From positions 1-45,590 of the forward strand of contig CANIGN010000001.1 of the NCBI GenBank assembly GCA_947467125.1: 45,590 bases of DNA, read 5' to 3'. Source of the DNA: Bacteriovoracaceae bacterium (GTDB lineage: Bacteria; Bdellovibrionota; UBA2428). The first letter of the stretch is position 1, and every line of letters starts with the position of its first letter. Position numbers and translations under genes: made by a program. The notes below the pieces were generated by a model, which worked only from the letters and a program-made list of their open reading frames with translations, did not search any database and had not been told where the DNA came from. Below are positions 33,236-41,406 of the stretch, piece after piece.

Positions 33236-34540
33236 TTACGCTGCCCCATAAGAATGCAATCCACTTAAAAGTAAATTCACACCCAAAAAAGCAAAAATCA
33301 TAATCGCCATAATCACAATCGCTAAAATAGAAAGCGAATTTGCCTTCCACTTCATCAACAATTTTCCATGCAAATAGATCAGCATCGCTACGTAAGTAAT
33401 AAATGCCCAGGTTTCTTTAGGGTCCCAACCCCAGCTTCTTCCCCAAGAATAGTAAGCCCAAATAGCTCCCGTAATAAGGAGTAACGTTTGCGCAGGAAAA
33501 GCAAAAAGCAAATTCTTATAGCTCAATTCATCCAATCGATTTGCAGAAGGCAATGAATCCATAAACTTTTCTTGCTTCCATAAAACTGCAAAATAAAAAA
33601 GATCAAAGAAAAACGCAGTCAGCAAGCTCATGAGTAGATAAGGATTTGATTGGAGAGTTAGATGCTCATTCACCTTCGTTGCCCAGATCACCCACACTAA
33701 AAAAGCGAGCATAGAAACGATTCCCGCAGCAAATAAACGATGGCCCATCTTGTGAAAAGAACGTGAAAAATAAGCAATTGCTGCAACAAGAAACAACACA
33801 GAAGTCACCACAACAGGGACATTGCCTCGAGGCACCTCTTCAAAGCGCGTAACTATCGGCCCTCCCTCATATTCACGATATTGATCTTTTACGTGAGCTT
33901 TAGATCCATCCGGAAGAGTTTGTTCCACTGTACGCGCAAGATAGAGTCGTCCTGTTTTATAAAACTCTCTGCCAGCCATCATCAAAACCAACATCATCGA
34001 CAAAAGCGAAAGCATGCCGCCAATTTTTTTGATCGAAAACTTATTTTTCAAGAGATGCAAAAAAGCCAAACTCGCAGAAGACATAATGGCTCCATACGAA
34101 AGCATTCCAAAAACAACGTGAATTCGATTCCAATAACTTTGCAGAGCAGGAATCAAAGGTTCCACTACTTTATTGGGAGTCATCACACTCATTCCCATGA
34201 GTAAGAAGATAAAAGGCGTTAGCACCACTCCCGCTAAAGTCACCTTCCACTTAAAGAGCGCCAGATTCAACAAGACGCTCGCCCCCCAAGCAAAGAACAC
34301 AAGGCTCTCGTAAAGATTAGTCCAAGGCGGCCGCTCAAGCCCTCCCTCATACCAGCGAGTGAGTAAGCCTGAAGTATGAGAAAGCAAAGCTGCGAAAGCT
34401 AAATACTTTCCGATAAAAACCCATTTGCTTTTTTGAGGATCTCGCAAAACTCCGATGAAAAGACAAAACATCGAAGCCAAATAAATAAAAGCTGAATAAT
34501 TTAAAAAACCTACGGACCATTCATGAAAAGTTGAATTCAT
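33236..34540 (-). CDS. ccsB: Cytochrome c biogenesis protein CcsB/ResC (system II)
   Basis: NLYESL, PALQSYWNRIHV, WGRSWGWDPKETWA (WWD domain), IYLH, GLHSYG. Confidence 0.93.
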   Translation of the reverse strand: MNSTFHEWSVGFLNYSAFIYLASMFCLFIGVLRDPQKSKWVFIGKYLAFAALLSHTSGLLTRWYEGGLERPPWTNLYESLVFFAWGASVLLNLALFKWKVTLAGVVLTPFIFLLMGMSVMTPNKVVEPLIPALQSYWNRIHVVFGMLSYGAIMSSASLAFLHLLKNKFSIKKIGGMLSLLSMMLVLMMAGREFYKTGRLYLARTVEQTLPDGSKAHVKDQYREYEGGPIVTRFEEVPRGNVPVVVTSVLFLVAAIAYFSRSFHKMGHRLFAAGIVSMLAFLVWVIWATKVNEHLTLQSNPYLLMSLLTAFFFDLFYFAVLWKQEKFMDSLPSANRLDELSYKNLLFAFPAQTLLLITGAIWAYYSWGRSWGWDPKETWAFITYVAMLIYLHGKLLMKWKANSLSILAIVIMAIMIFAFLGVNLLLSGLHSYGAA

Positions 34541-34541
34541 T

Positions 34542-36026
34542 TCAAGCCTCTCCTTCTTTCATTTTCCTACCAAGAACATGCTCGCTAAGCTCTTCACTTA
34601 ATTTTTTGAGCTCTGCTTCAAAACTATGGGGCAAGCGATGAGTTGTGCCTGTAAAAGTGACAGCTAATTTTTGAGAGCTGTTTTTTTCGACAATAAAATA
34701 AAATTTCTTATGCTGAAAAAAGAGTGCGTAAAAAGTTCCCAGCACCATTCCCAAACATCCCAACCAATAAACAGGAGCCCCGGGATCATAGGAAAGCTGT
34801 AAGCCCGTAAAGTAGAGAGGCTTATAAGCATCCATCACAATTGCCCAATCTTTCTCTCGACCAAAATCATAAACAGGATCATTTTTGAGAACCCAAAATG
34901 GTTCTCCTACAAGAGTATCTCCACGAGCTTCTTGAACCTGTAAAGCGGGTCCACGCCCTTCGATGTCTTCCACAAACTTCACAGGAACAAAGGAGGTTTT
35001 AAATTGATCTATCTTTTGAACTTGTCCAAGTTTTGTTGAAATATATTTTTGATCCGTAAAAGAAGAATTCGTCCCATCAGCCAAAAGCGATGATTTACGA
35101 ATCACACGCAAATCCAAGCGATAGTCACCTAGAGATCCATAACTCGCTTGATAAAAGGTATATTTGCCCACCTCGAGCGGATCATTCACTCGAATCGTTT
35201 TAGAATTAACAATTGCGCCCGTGCTTCGATCAATCACATTCAAATGAGTTGCAAATTCCTTGGGACGCCCTGGAAAATCTTTATAAAACTCAACATTAAA
35301 CGCAGAAGCTTCGACTCGATAATCCATCATCCGCTCATTGAGCAATCCCTGATTCCCAGGAGGACGCTCCAAACCCGCGTCACTTCCCTCTTTGAACATC
35401 AAAAAAGTATCGACTGCCGCACCTTCAGGAACGTTTAGCGTACCTTCAAAACCATAAAGCCCCGACCAAATAGCTCCCGCAAAAATCAATAAGAGCGAAG
35501 TATGAACCAAATAATTTGCAAGGCGAGCCAATTGATTTTTTTGCCAAAAAGCTTGCCAGCGACCTTCACTGTCTTCAAGAATCGTATAATTGATCCATTT
35601 TCGGTGGGCCCACTTATCAAAATCTTTTTGAATACTTTCGAATTGAGAAAGACCCACTTCAAAATGGTAGCGATGTTCCTTTTCCTTGAGCTCAATCGCT
35701 TGTGCCTTTAAGGCAACGGGTTTTGCAAAAGCAAGCTTCCACATTTGCGGCCAACGCTCGTAACTACAAATAACAAGATTTACAGAAAGCAAAACCAACA
35801 ACGAAACGTACCAAAAGGAATGATACGAACGAAAAAGCTGAAACCATTGTCCGAACTGCCAAAAGTCATAATCATACTGAAGCCCTGGATCGACACTCGA
35901 CACATTTTCTTGCAGAATAACGGTTCCAGGAATCGACAATAAAAGAAGCGCAAAGAAAATAAAAAACGTGAGCTTGACGGATCCCAATGCAAGCCAAACA
36001 CGATCGACAAAGGCCCAGAAATTCAC
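34542..36026 (-). CDS. resB: Cytochrome c biogenesis protein ResB/Ccs1
   Basis: LGSVKLT, GTVILQ, YHSFWY, NLVICS, YLVH, IRVNDPL, FYQASY, DPGAPVYWLG. GTG start at 36026 with GGAG upstream. Confidence 0.9.
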   Translation of the reverse strand: MNFWAFVDRVWLALGSVKLTFFIFFALLLLSIPGTVILQENVSSVDPGLQYDYDFWQFGQWFQLFRSYHSFWYVSLLVLLSVNLVICSYERWPQMWKLAFAKPVALKAQAIELKEKEHRYHFEVGLSQFESIQKDFDKWAHRKWINYTILEDSEGRWQAFWQKNQLARLANYLVHTSLLLIFAGAIWSGLYGFEGTLNVPEGAAVDTFLMFKEGSDAGLERPPGNQGLLNERMMDYRVEASAFNVEFYKDFPGRPKEFATHLNVIDRSTGAIVNSKTIRVNDPLEVGKYTFYQASYGSLGDYRLDLRVIRKSSLLADGTNSSFTDQKYISTKLGQVQKIDQFKTSFVPVKFVEDIEGRGPALQVQEARGDTLVGEPFWVLKNDPVYDFGREKDWAIVMDAYKPLYFTGLQLSYDPGAPVYWLGCLGMVLGTFYALFFQHKKFYFIVEKNSSQKLAVTFTGTTHRLPHSFEAELKKLSEELSEHVLGRKMKEGEA

Positions 36027-36087
36027 AGACTTATTTCTCCCACCGCCCGAAGAACTGGTCAAATAAAGTTTATCTCTCTCAAGCCCC

Positions 36088-36105
36088 ATATCTGCAAGCA
36101 GATAT
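36088..36105. promoter_or_regulatory. Perfect inverted repeat ATATCTGC-AA-GCAGATAT in the divergent resB/srkA intergenic region
   Basis: 8-bp arms read directly; operator function is inferred. Confidence 0.35.
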
Positions 36106-36122
36106 CTGATAGGATTGGCTAA

Positions 36123-37136
36123 GTGATGAAGCCCATTGCCCCTCCAAGCGGCGAACCTCAACTGAGACAATCTTTTTTTAGCCTTAGCCCGGACCACGTC
36201 CTAAACTCAGTCGAAGAGGCCCTTCAAAAAGAATATCCGGGCTTCAGAACGACAGGTAAAAGCTCAGCACTCAATAGCCTCGAAAATCGAGTCTTTGAAA
36301 TAGAAATTGAAGACGAAATTCAAGGTGAACGAAGTATCGTCGCAAAATTTTATAGGCCGGGCCGATGGAGCCAAGAACAAATTCTTGAAGAACATCGTTT
36401 CGTTCAAGAACTTAAAGAGGCTGAAATCCCAGTCATTGCGCCTCTTCAAAAACTCCAAAAAACTGAAGATGGAATTTATTTCGTTCTTTTTCCCAAGGTC
36501 AGAGGTCGCCTCAAAGACGAACTTCGCCCAGAAGAATTGCGCCAAATTGGACGCTTCGTAGGGCAAATCCACACAGTGGGAGCTCGCTTTCCTTCAAAGT
36601 ATCGAAACAAACTCAGTCTCGAAAACTACGGACGACAATCTCTCGAGACGCTCTTGAGCTCTCCCTTTTTACATGAAAACGTTCGTCCTTTTTATGAAAA
36701 TGTGTGCCTAAAACTTTTCGAAATCATTCAAGATCGAATGCAAAATGTTTACACTCAAAGCATCCATGGTGATTGCCACGTAGGAAACGTTTTATGGAAC
36801 GAGACGGGCCCCTTTATTCTTGATTTTGACGACATGCTCGTGGGCCCACCTGTTCAAGATTTATGGATGATCGCCAAAGGTCGTAGCGAAGAGGATCTCC
36901 GTTTAAGAGAAGACTTTTTACAGGGTTACGAAATGATGCGCGATTTTGATCGAAGCTCACTCAGCCTCGTAGAGCCTTTGCGAGCTTTAAGAATGATTCA
37001 TTATTCGGCATGGATTGCCAGAAGATGGGAAGATCCCTCATTCCCCAAAATGTTTACTCAGTTTACGACTCAGCAATATTGGAACGAAGAGATCGAAGCC
37101 TTAAACGAGATACTCGAAATTCTTAACGGGTATTAG
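36123..37136 (+). CDS. srkA: Stress response Ser/Thr kinase SrkA/RdoA (YihE)
   Basis: LNSLENRVF, AKFYRPGRWS, EEH, IHGDCHVGNVL, DFDD, GPPVQDLWM, WIARRWEDPSFP. Confidence 0.94.
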   Translation: MMKPIAPPSGEPQLRQSFFSLSPDHVLNSVEEALQKEYPGFRTTGKSSALNSLENRVFEIEIEDEIQGERSIVAKFYRPGRWSQEQILEEHRFVQELKEAEIPVIAPLQKLQKTEDGIYFVLFPKVRGRLKDELRPEELRQIGRFVGQIHTVGARFPSKYRNKLSLENYGRQSLETLLSSPFLHENVRPFYENVCLKLFEIIQDRMQNVYTQSIHGDCHVGNVLWNETGPFILDFDDMLVGPPVQDLWMIAKGRSEEDLRLREDFLQGYEMMRDFDRSSLSLVEPLRALRMIHYSAWIARRWEDPSFPKMFTQFTTQQYWNEEIEALNEILEILNGY

Positions 37137-37335
37137 ACTTCACATCGACTTTGACAAGATCGCTCTTCGCAGAAGTATCACTTTTATCATAACTCGCTCG
37201 TGTCTCCTGAAGCACTTTATGATCTTCTTCAATTAAGTGCATAGCTACCTTGAAACTATCAGTCGTAGAAATCCAAAAACCAAGAGCCATTAAAAAAATA
37301 GTTTTCTTTAAAAATTCTTCTAAAGGATTATGCAT
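37123..37335 (-). CDS. Small hypothetical single-TM protein (70 aa)
   Basis: Fills the gap between prfB and srkA; hydrophobic TIFLMALGFWI; TATGAT lies 6 nt upstream of the ATG at 37335. Confidence 0.5.
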   Translation of the reverse strand: MHNPLEEFLKKTIFLMALGFWISTTDSFKVAMHLIEEDHKVLQETRASYDKSDTSAKSDLVKVDVKSNTR

Positions 37336-37356
37336 ATCTTTATCATAACCTGACAC

Positions 37357-37399
37357 AACAAAAGTTGAGTGAAGATTTGGTTAATTCGCCTTCACTCAA
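37357..37399 (-). terminator. Probable intrinsic terminator after prfB
   Basis: 10-bp stem TTGAGTGAAG/CTTCACTCAA (37365-37399) followed by CTTTTGTT on the minus strand. Confidence 0.6.
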
Positions 37400-37430
37400 T
37401 GAAGATCTTAATATTTATTTGTATTTAAAG

Positions 37431-38574
37431 TTACTCTACGTCATCCACAACATCGGTAGCTTCCCCACCTTTTAACAAATACATCTCGATAAAATCCTGA
37501 ATATCTCCATCCAGAACCTTGTCGACGTTACTCGTTTCATGTTGAGTTCGCGTATCTTTGATGAGCTGATACGGTTGCAAGACATAGTTTCGAATTTGCG
37601 ATCCCCACGAAATGGATTTCTTGGTTGCATTGACCTTATCTGCTTCTGCCTGGCGTTTTTGAATTTCCAACTCATACAAGCGAGCCTTCAACATCTTCAT
37701 CGCTTTTTCGCGGTTTTGAATCTGAGAACGCTCCGCCTGACATTGAACCACGATGCCTGTCGGTAAGTGAGTCATACGAACCGCTGAATCTGTTTTGTTG
37801 ACGTGCTGTCCCCCAGCTCCTCCCGCGCGATACGTATCCACACGCAAATCTTCCGTGCGCACTTCCACCTGAATATCATCTTCAATCATGGGATAAACAA
37901 ACACGCTCGCAAAGCTTGTGTGACGACGAGCATTTGAATCAAAGGGACTAATTCGAACCAAGCGATGAACTCCCACCTCGGCCTTTAAAAACCCATAAGC
38001 ATTTGTTCCCGAAATTTCAAAAGTAACAGACCGATAACCCGCTCCATCTCCGTCTGTAAAATCAACAACATCCGCTTTAAATCCTTGTTTTTGAGAATAG
38101 CGCTGATACATGCGCGCCAAAATCGCAGCCCAATCACAGGCTTCTGTTCCACCGGCTCCAGCGTTGATCGAAAGATAGCAATTGCCTCCGTCATTTTCGC
38201 CCGAAAGCATTCGACTTAATTCAAGCTTGCGCAATTCTTCTTCGGCACTTTTAAAACCATTCGCGAATTCTTCTTGAGAAGAAGAATCTACCTCGCCCAT
38301 TTCTCCGCATAATTGCTGAAGGGCCTTGAGATCCTCAACGTTTTTTGAAACTCGAGAAAAGGGATTCAACACACTTTCGAGCTGATTTTTTTCTTTTTGA
38401 ATTTTAGTCGCTTTCGCATTGTCATTCCAAAAGGTTGGCAATGTTTCGAGATGCGTAATTTCTTCTACGCGACGACGCTTTCCAGTGACGTCAAAGAGAC
38501 CTCCCTAGTTGAAGCACGCGTTCGCGAAATTCTTCAACTCTAAGTCCTAATTCTTTGAGGCTAAGAGTTTCCAT
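37431..38574 (-). CDS. prfB: Peptide chain release factor 2 with programmed +1 frameshift (380 aa)
   Basis: ORF1 METLSLKELGLRVEEFRERVLQLGRSL ends in CTT-TGA-C; the +1 frame continues DVTGKRRRVEE...; SPF and GGQ motifs present. Confidence 0.97.
38490..38506 (-). promoter_or_regulatory. prfB frameshift cassette
   Basis: AGGGAGG-tct-CTTTGAC: internal Shine-Dalgarno 3 nt before the shift site. Confidence 0.96.
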
Positions 38575-38605
38575 AGTGTATTTGTAACAGCTTGCAAAGG
38601 GGACA

Positions 38606-39172
38606 TCAATCTTGTGATGAACCGGAAACAATCTTCATGATTTTCTTTTGAACAGCTCTCATAAGCTGACGCTCTTTGAGAGTTACTTTCACGTGATCAA
38701 AACCCAAAAGATGCAAAACTCCATGAACAAAAACTTCAGTTAATTCCGTTTTGAAATCTTTCTTATAGCGCTTGGCATTTCGTAGCACTGTGGGCAAAGA
38801 AACAATCAACGTTCCCATGAATCCATCCAGATGATTCTCGGGACTTTCTAAACTTGGAAAACTCAAGACATCTGTTGTGCGATCAAGCTTACGAAATTGT
38901 TTTTGATAAGAACGCATTTCCAAATCTTCACAAAGATGAAGTTCTAAGCTTTGAGGCCTGCCCCTTTGTTGAAGATAATAAAGATATTTTTGATCGCCCT
39001 TAATCTCCTTCAAGACAAGACCCAAAAGACGCTCAAGAGCCTTTTGCGAAAGCGGTACCTTTGGGAAATCTAGTGGGGCAAAACTCTCTGCCTGGCTCAA
39101 CAAGACGCTTAGGGGCGCCTTTTTTGCCTTTTTCTGGATCTTTGAGCTTTGATTTGCCACCCTTTTGAGCAC
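38606..39172 (-). CDS. ybeY: rRNA maturation endoribonuclease YbeY
   Basis: FRKLDRTTDVLSFP, HGVLHLLGFDH. Confidence 0.94.
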   Translation of the reverse strand: MLKRVANQSSKIQKKAKKAPLSVLLSQAESFAPLDFPKVPLSQKALERLLGLVLKEIKGDQKYLYYLQQRGRPQSLELHLCEDLEMRSYQKQFRKLDRTTDVLSFPSLESPENHLDGFMGTLIVSLPTVLRNAKRYKKDFKTELTEVFVHGVLHLLGFDHVKVTLKERQLMRAVQKKIMKIVSGSSQD

Positions 39173-39215
39173 CCTTGTTTTATAGGACTAAACTCCAATA
39201 ATATCAGCAATAAAC

Positions 39216-39244
39216 TTGACACTCCCCTCTCTGAAACCTACAAC
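39216..39244 (+). promoter_or_regulatory. Putative sigma70 promoter of rpsT, leaderless geometry
   Basis: Perfect TTGACA-17 nt-TACAAC, then 6 nt to the ATG at 39251; no Shine-Dalgarno. Confidence 0.6.
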
Positions 39245-39250
39245 ATCTGC

Positions 39251-39508
39251 ATGGCAAATACGAAATCTGCTCAAAAGCGTACACGTCAAACTATTCGTAA
39301 AACAGCTCGTAACAAAGGTGTTTTAACGTCTGTACGTTCTGCTATCAAAGCTGCTAAATCTACTAAAAACACAAAAGCTTCTGCTTCAGGAGCGGATACT
39401 CTTAAAGTTGCGGTTTCTAAGATCATGAAAGCAGCTTCTAAGGGAGTTCTTCACAAGAAGACTGCAGCTCGTTACGTTTCTCGCTTAACTCGCGCGACAT
39501 CTAAATAA
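39251..39508 (+). CDS. rpsT: 30S ribosomal protein S20
   Basis: MANTKSAQKRTRQ...KGVLHKKTAARYVSRL; true start is the ATG at 39251. Confidence 0.96.
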   Translation: MANTKSAQKRTRQTIRKTARNKGVLTSVRSAIKAAKSTKNTKASASGADTLKVAVSKIMKAASKGVLHKKTAARYVSRLTRATSK

Positions 39509-39522
39509 TAACTTTAATCAAT

Positions 39523-40437
39523 TTAGGGTATTTGAGCCAAAAGACCGAGAGCATCGGCTCGAGTGCTTTTCAACGATAAATCACATTTGCACCACCATTC
39601 CAAGACCTCAGGCCTAAACTTCAATTTCTTGAGTTTCGTAATTAAAAAAGGCGGCTCTCCAACAACTTCTTCATTCAAGGCAAGCTGAGAAGAGATTTTA
39701 ATCGATTTTCCTAAGAGAGCTAAGAGACGAATAGGATCTTCTCCGTCTTTTTCAATAAGATGCTGAGAAAGCTGCAAGAAAACCTTTCGATTTCCACTCA
39801 AAGCCGCATCCACCCATTCGTATGAGAGGTTACGATCACCTTGAAATACCCGAGTGCCTCCCGCAGCAGAATCACCCCAACCAAGAGCATGACGAGCCCA
39901 CTCGTCTCCACCCAAGACCCACAATTCCATCCAATGTTTAAGCTGTAGGATATCTTCAATCTCTTGAGTCAGAAGAAAATTAACTTTCTCAACACTTAGT
40001 GGCGCGCTCAAACTCTCATTAAAATAAGTTGCCCATGCATAAGAATGCGCACACGAACTGCCATTCAAAATGCGCAAAGGAGAAGAACTTAAAAACTTTT
40101 CGCTCTCACTCGAAACAAAAAGCCAATTTCCCTGAGGAGAACTCAACTGAACAAGCCTTTCCCAAACTCTTTTAGCTTCGTCAGGCCACTTATGAGGATC
40201 CGTTTTAAGATGAAGATAAAAAACCTTTGAGGAACTAAAAAAATCAAGAGCCGAAAAATCTCCTTCGATATCTACTCCTGGTCCTTCTGCTTTCACTTCT
40301 AAAGCTATAAATTGTCTTTTTTGCTCCACACAAAGAGATCGAAGAATCTCTCTTTCATAGCCTGCAAGCTCTTCGGTCAAGGACACCCACGAAGCTTGTG
40401 TTGATAATTTTATTTTAAAAAAATCTAAAATTTGCAT
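39523..40437 (-). CDS. holA: Probable DNA polymerase III delta subunit (highly diverged)
   Basis: Position between lptE and rpsT; size; YEWVDAALSGN...GEDPIRLLALL...CDLSLKS pattern in the C-terminal domain. Confidence 0.6.
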   Translation of the reverse strand: MQILDFFKIKLSTQASWVSLTEELAGYEREILRSLCVEQKRQFIALEVKAEGPGVDIEGDFSALDFFSSSKVFYLHLKTDPHKWPDEAKRVWERLVQLSSPQGNWLFVSSESEKFLSSSPLRILNGSSCAHSYAWATYFNESLSAPLSVEKVNFLLTQEIEDILQLKHWMELWVLGGDEWARHALGWGDSAAGGTRVFQGDRNLSYEWVDAALSGNRKVFLQLSQHLIEKDGEDPIRLLALLGKSIKISSQLALNEEVVGEPPFLITKLKKLKFRPEVLEWWCKCDLSLKSTRADALGLLAQIP

Positions 40438-41067
40438 TTAAAAATCATCCACAATCTGAGCTTTTGCTCTTCTAAAGATTTTCTCACTTAGTTTTTTCAC
40501 AAGCAAAGCTTCGCGCGAGGTGTGAATCTGAGGAGCTTCTGCAGATCCCCGACTCAACTCTAATCGATCCGTAAGTTGATAAAAATCTTTTTCCGAAAGG
40601 ACAATCGTCCACACCTTTTCTTTTGCAGGATTCAGTTTCGTGATTTCGATCCCTAAAGTAATACCCACAGATTGAGCGCTTAAGAGATTATCCCTCAAAC
40701 CTCCCTTTGCCTCTGTTTCACTGGATCCTTTAAAAGCAGTAGGCCCCCAACCCTTTGAAAACTCTACAATTTTTGCAAGAATGACTGCTTGGCTTTCATC
40801 AGCCGAACGAACAATTCGAACACCTCGAACTCCCGCAAGCATTTCACGTAGCTGGCCCGTCAGATCATTCAACTCAAAAGTTCGTGCTGTGCGATTTTCT
40901 ATAACTGGAATAAAGAGCTTCAATTCACTTTCAGGCGAACGCGAATCGCCCGCATGATACGAGCAGGCCGAAAGCAAAAGAACAAAAGCCCCCGCGAAAC
41001 CCCAAGTTCTTGCTACCCGGTGTCTTGTGGGCAGAAATTTCACGATCTTTTCGATTCTGTTTTTCAT
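40438..41067 (-). CDS. lptE: LPS-assembly lipoprotein LptE-like
   Basis: Lipobox LLSAC-SY, LFIPVIENRT, C-terminal amphipathic helix; immediately upstream of the holA-like gene. Confidence 0.65.
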   Translation of the reverse strand: MKNRIEKIVKFLPTRHRVARTWGFAGAFVLLLSACSYHAGDSRSPESELKLFIPVIENRTARTFELNDLTGQLREMLAGVRGVRIVRSADESQAVILAKIVEFSKGWGPTAFKGSSETEAKGGLRDNLLSAQSVGITLGIEITKLNPAKEKVWTIVLSEKDFYQLTDRLELSRGSAEAPQIHTSREALLVKKLSEKIFRRAKAQIVDDF

Positions 41068-41099
41068 CTCTTGGCTACAATCAGGTATAAGATAGCATC

Positions 41100-41393
41100 G
41101 TGAGCGTGGAAAGCACCAAGATCAAAAGTTCTTTGAGAGGCATGCCCATTCTCATTTATATAAGAGCTTGGAAGCTGAGCACCACTTCCATCATTCAAAG
41201 CCACGTGTTTTTTCAAGGAGTTGTAGAAGGCCCTCAGGGTAAAAGACTTCAACTTCGAATCCCAGACTCAACTTGGCGACAAGAGATGATCTATCAAAAA
41301 GACCATATCCTTAAACGATATAATGATCTTTGCTTATCTTTAGGCATGAATCGAATGTGGCTTCCTGTTGAATGCCATATCGTTGCTTTTTAG
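41100..41393 (+). CDS. DciA/DUF721 family protein
   Basis: AW...RLQLRIPDSTWRQEMIYQKDHILKRYN matches the DUF721 pattern; TAAGAT lies 6 nt upstream of the GTG. Confidence 0.65.
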   Translation: MSVESTKIKSSLRGMPILIYIRAWKLSTTSIIQSHVFFQGVVEGPQGKRLQLRIPDSTWRQEMIYQKDHILKRYNDLCLSLGMNRMWLPVECHIVAF

Positions 41394-41406
41394 ATGTTAT
41401 TTTAAA

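Noticed and set aside
36027..36197. N-terminal extension of resB in the ORF track
   Set aside because: It overlaps the divergent srkA and has no ResB-like character; GTG 36026 has a Shine-Dalgarno.
37431..38574. prfB as a frameshifted pseudogene
   Set aside because: The break is the canonical CTTTGAC site with its internal Shine-Dalgarno.
39149..39250. N-terminal extension of rpsT in the ORF track
   Set aside because: S20 begins at MAN (39251); the extension overlaps ybeY and the promoter.
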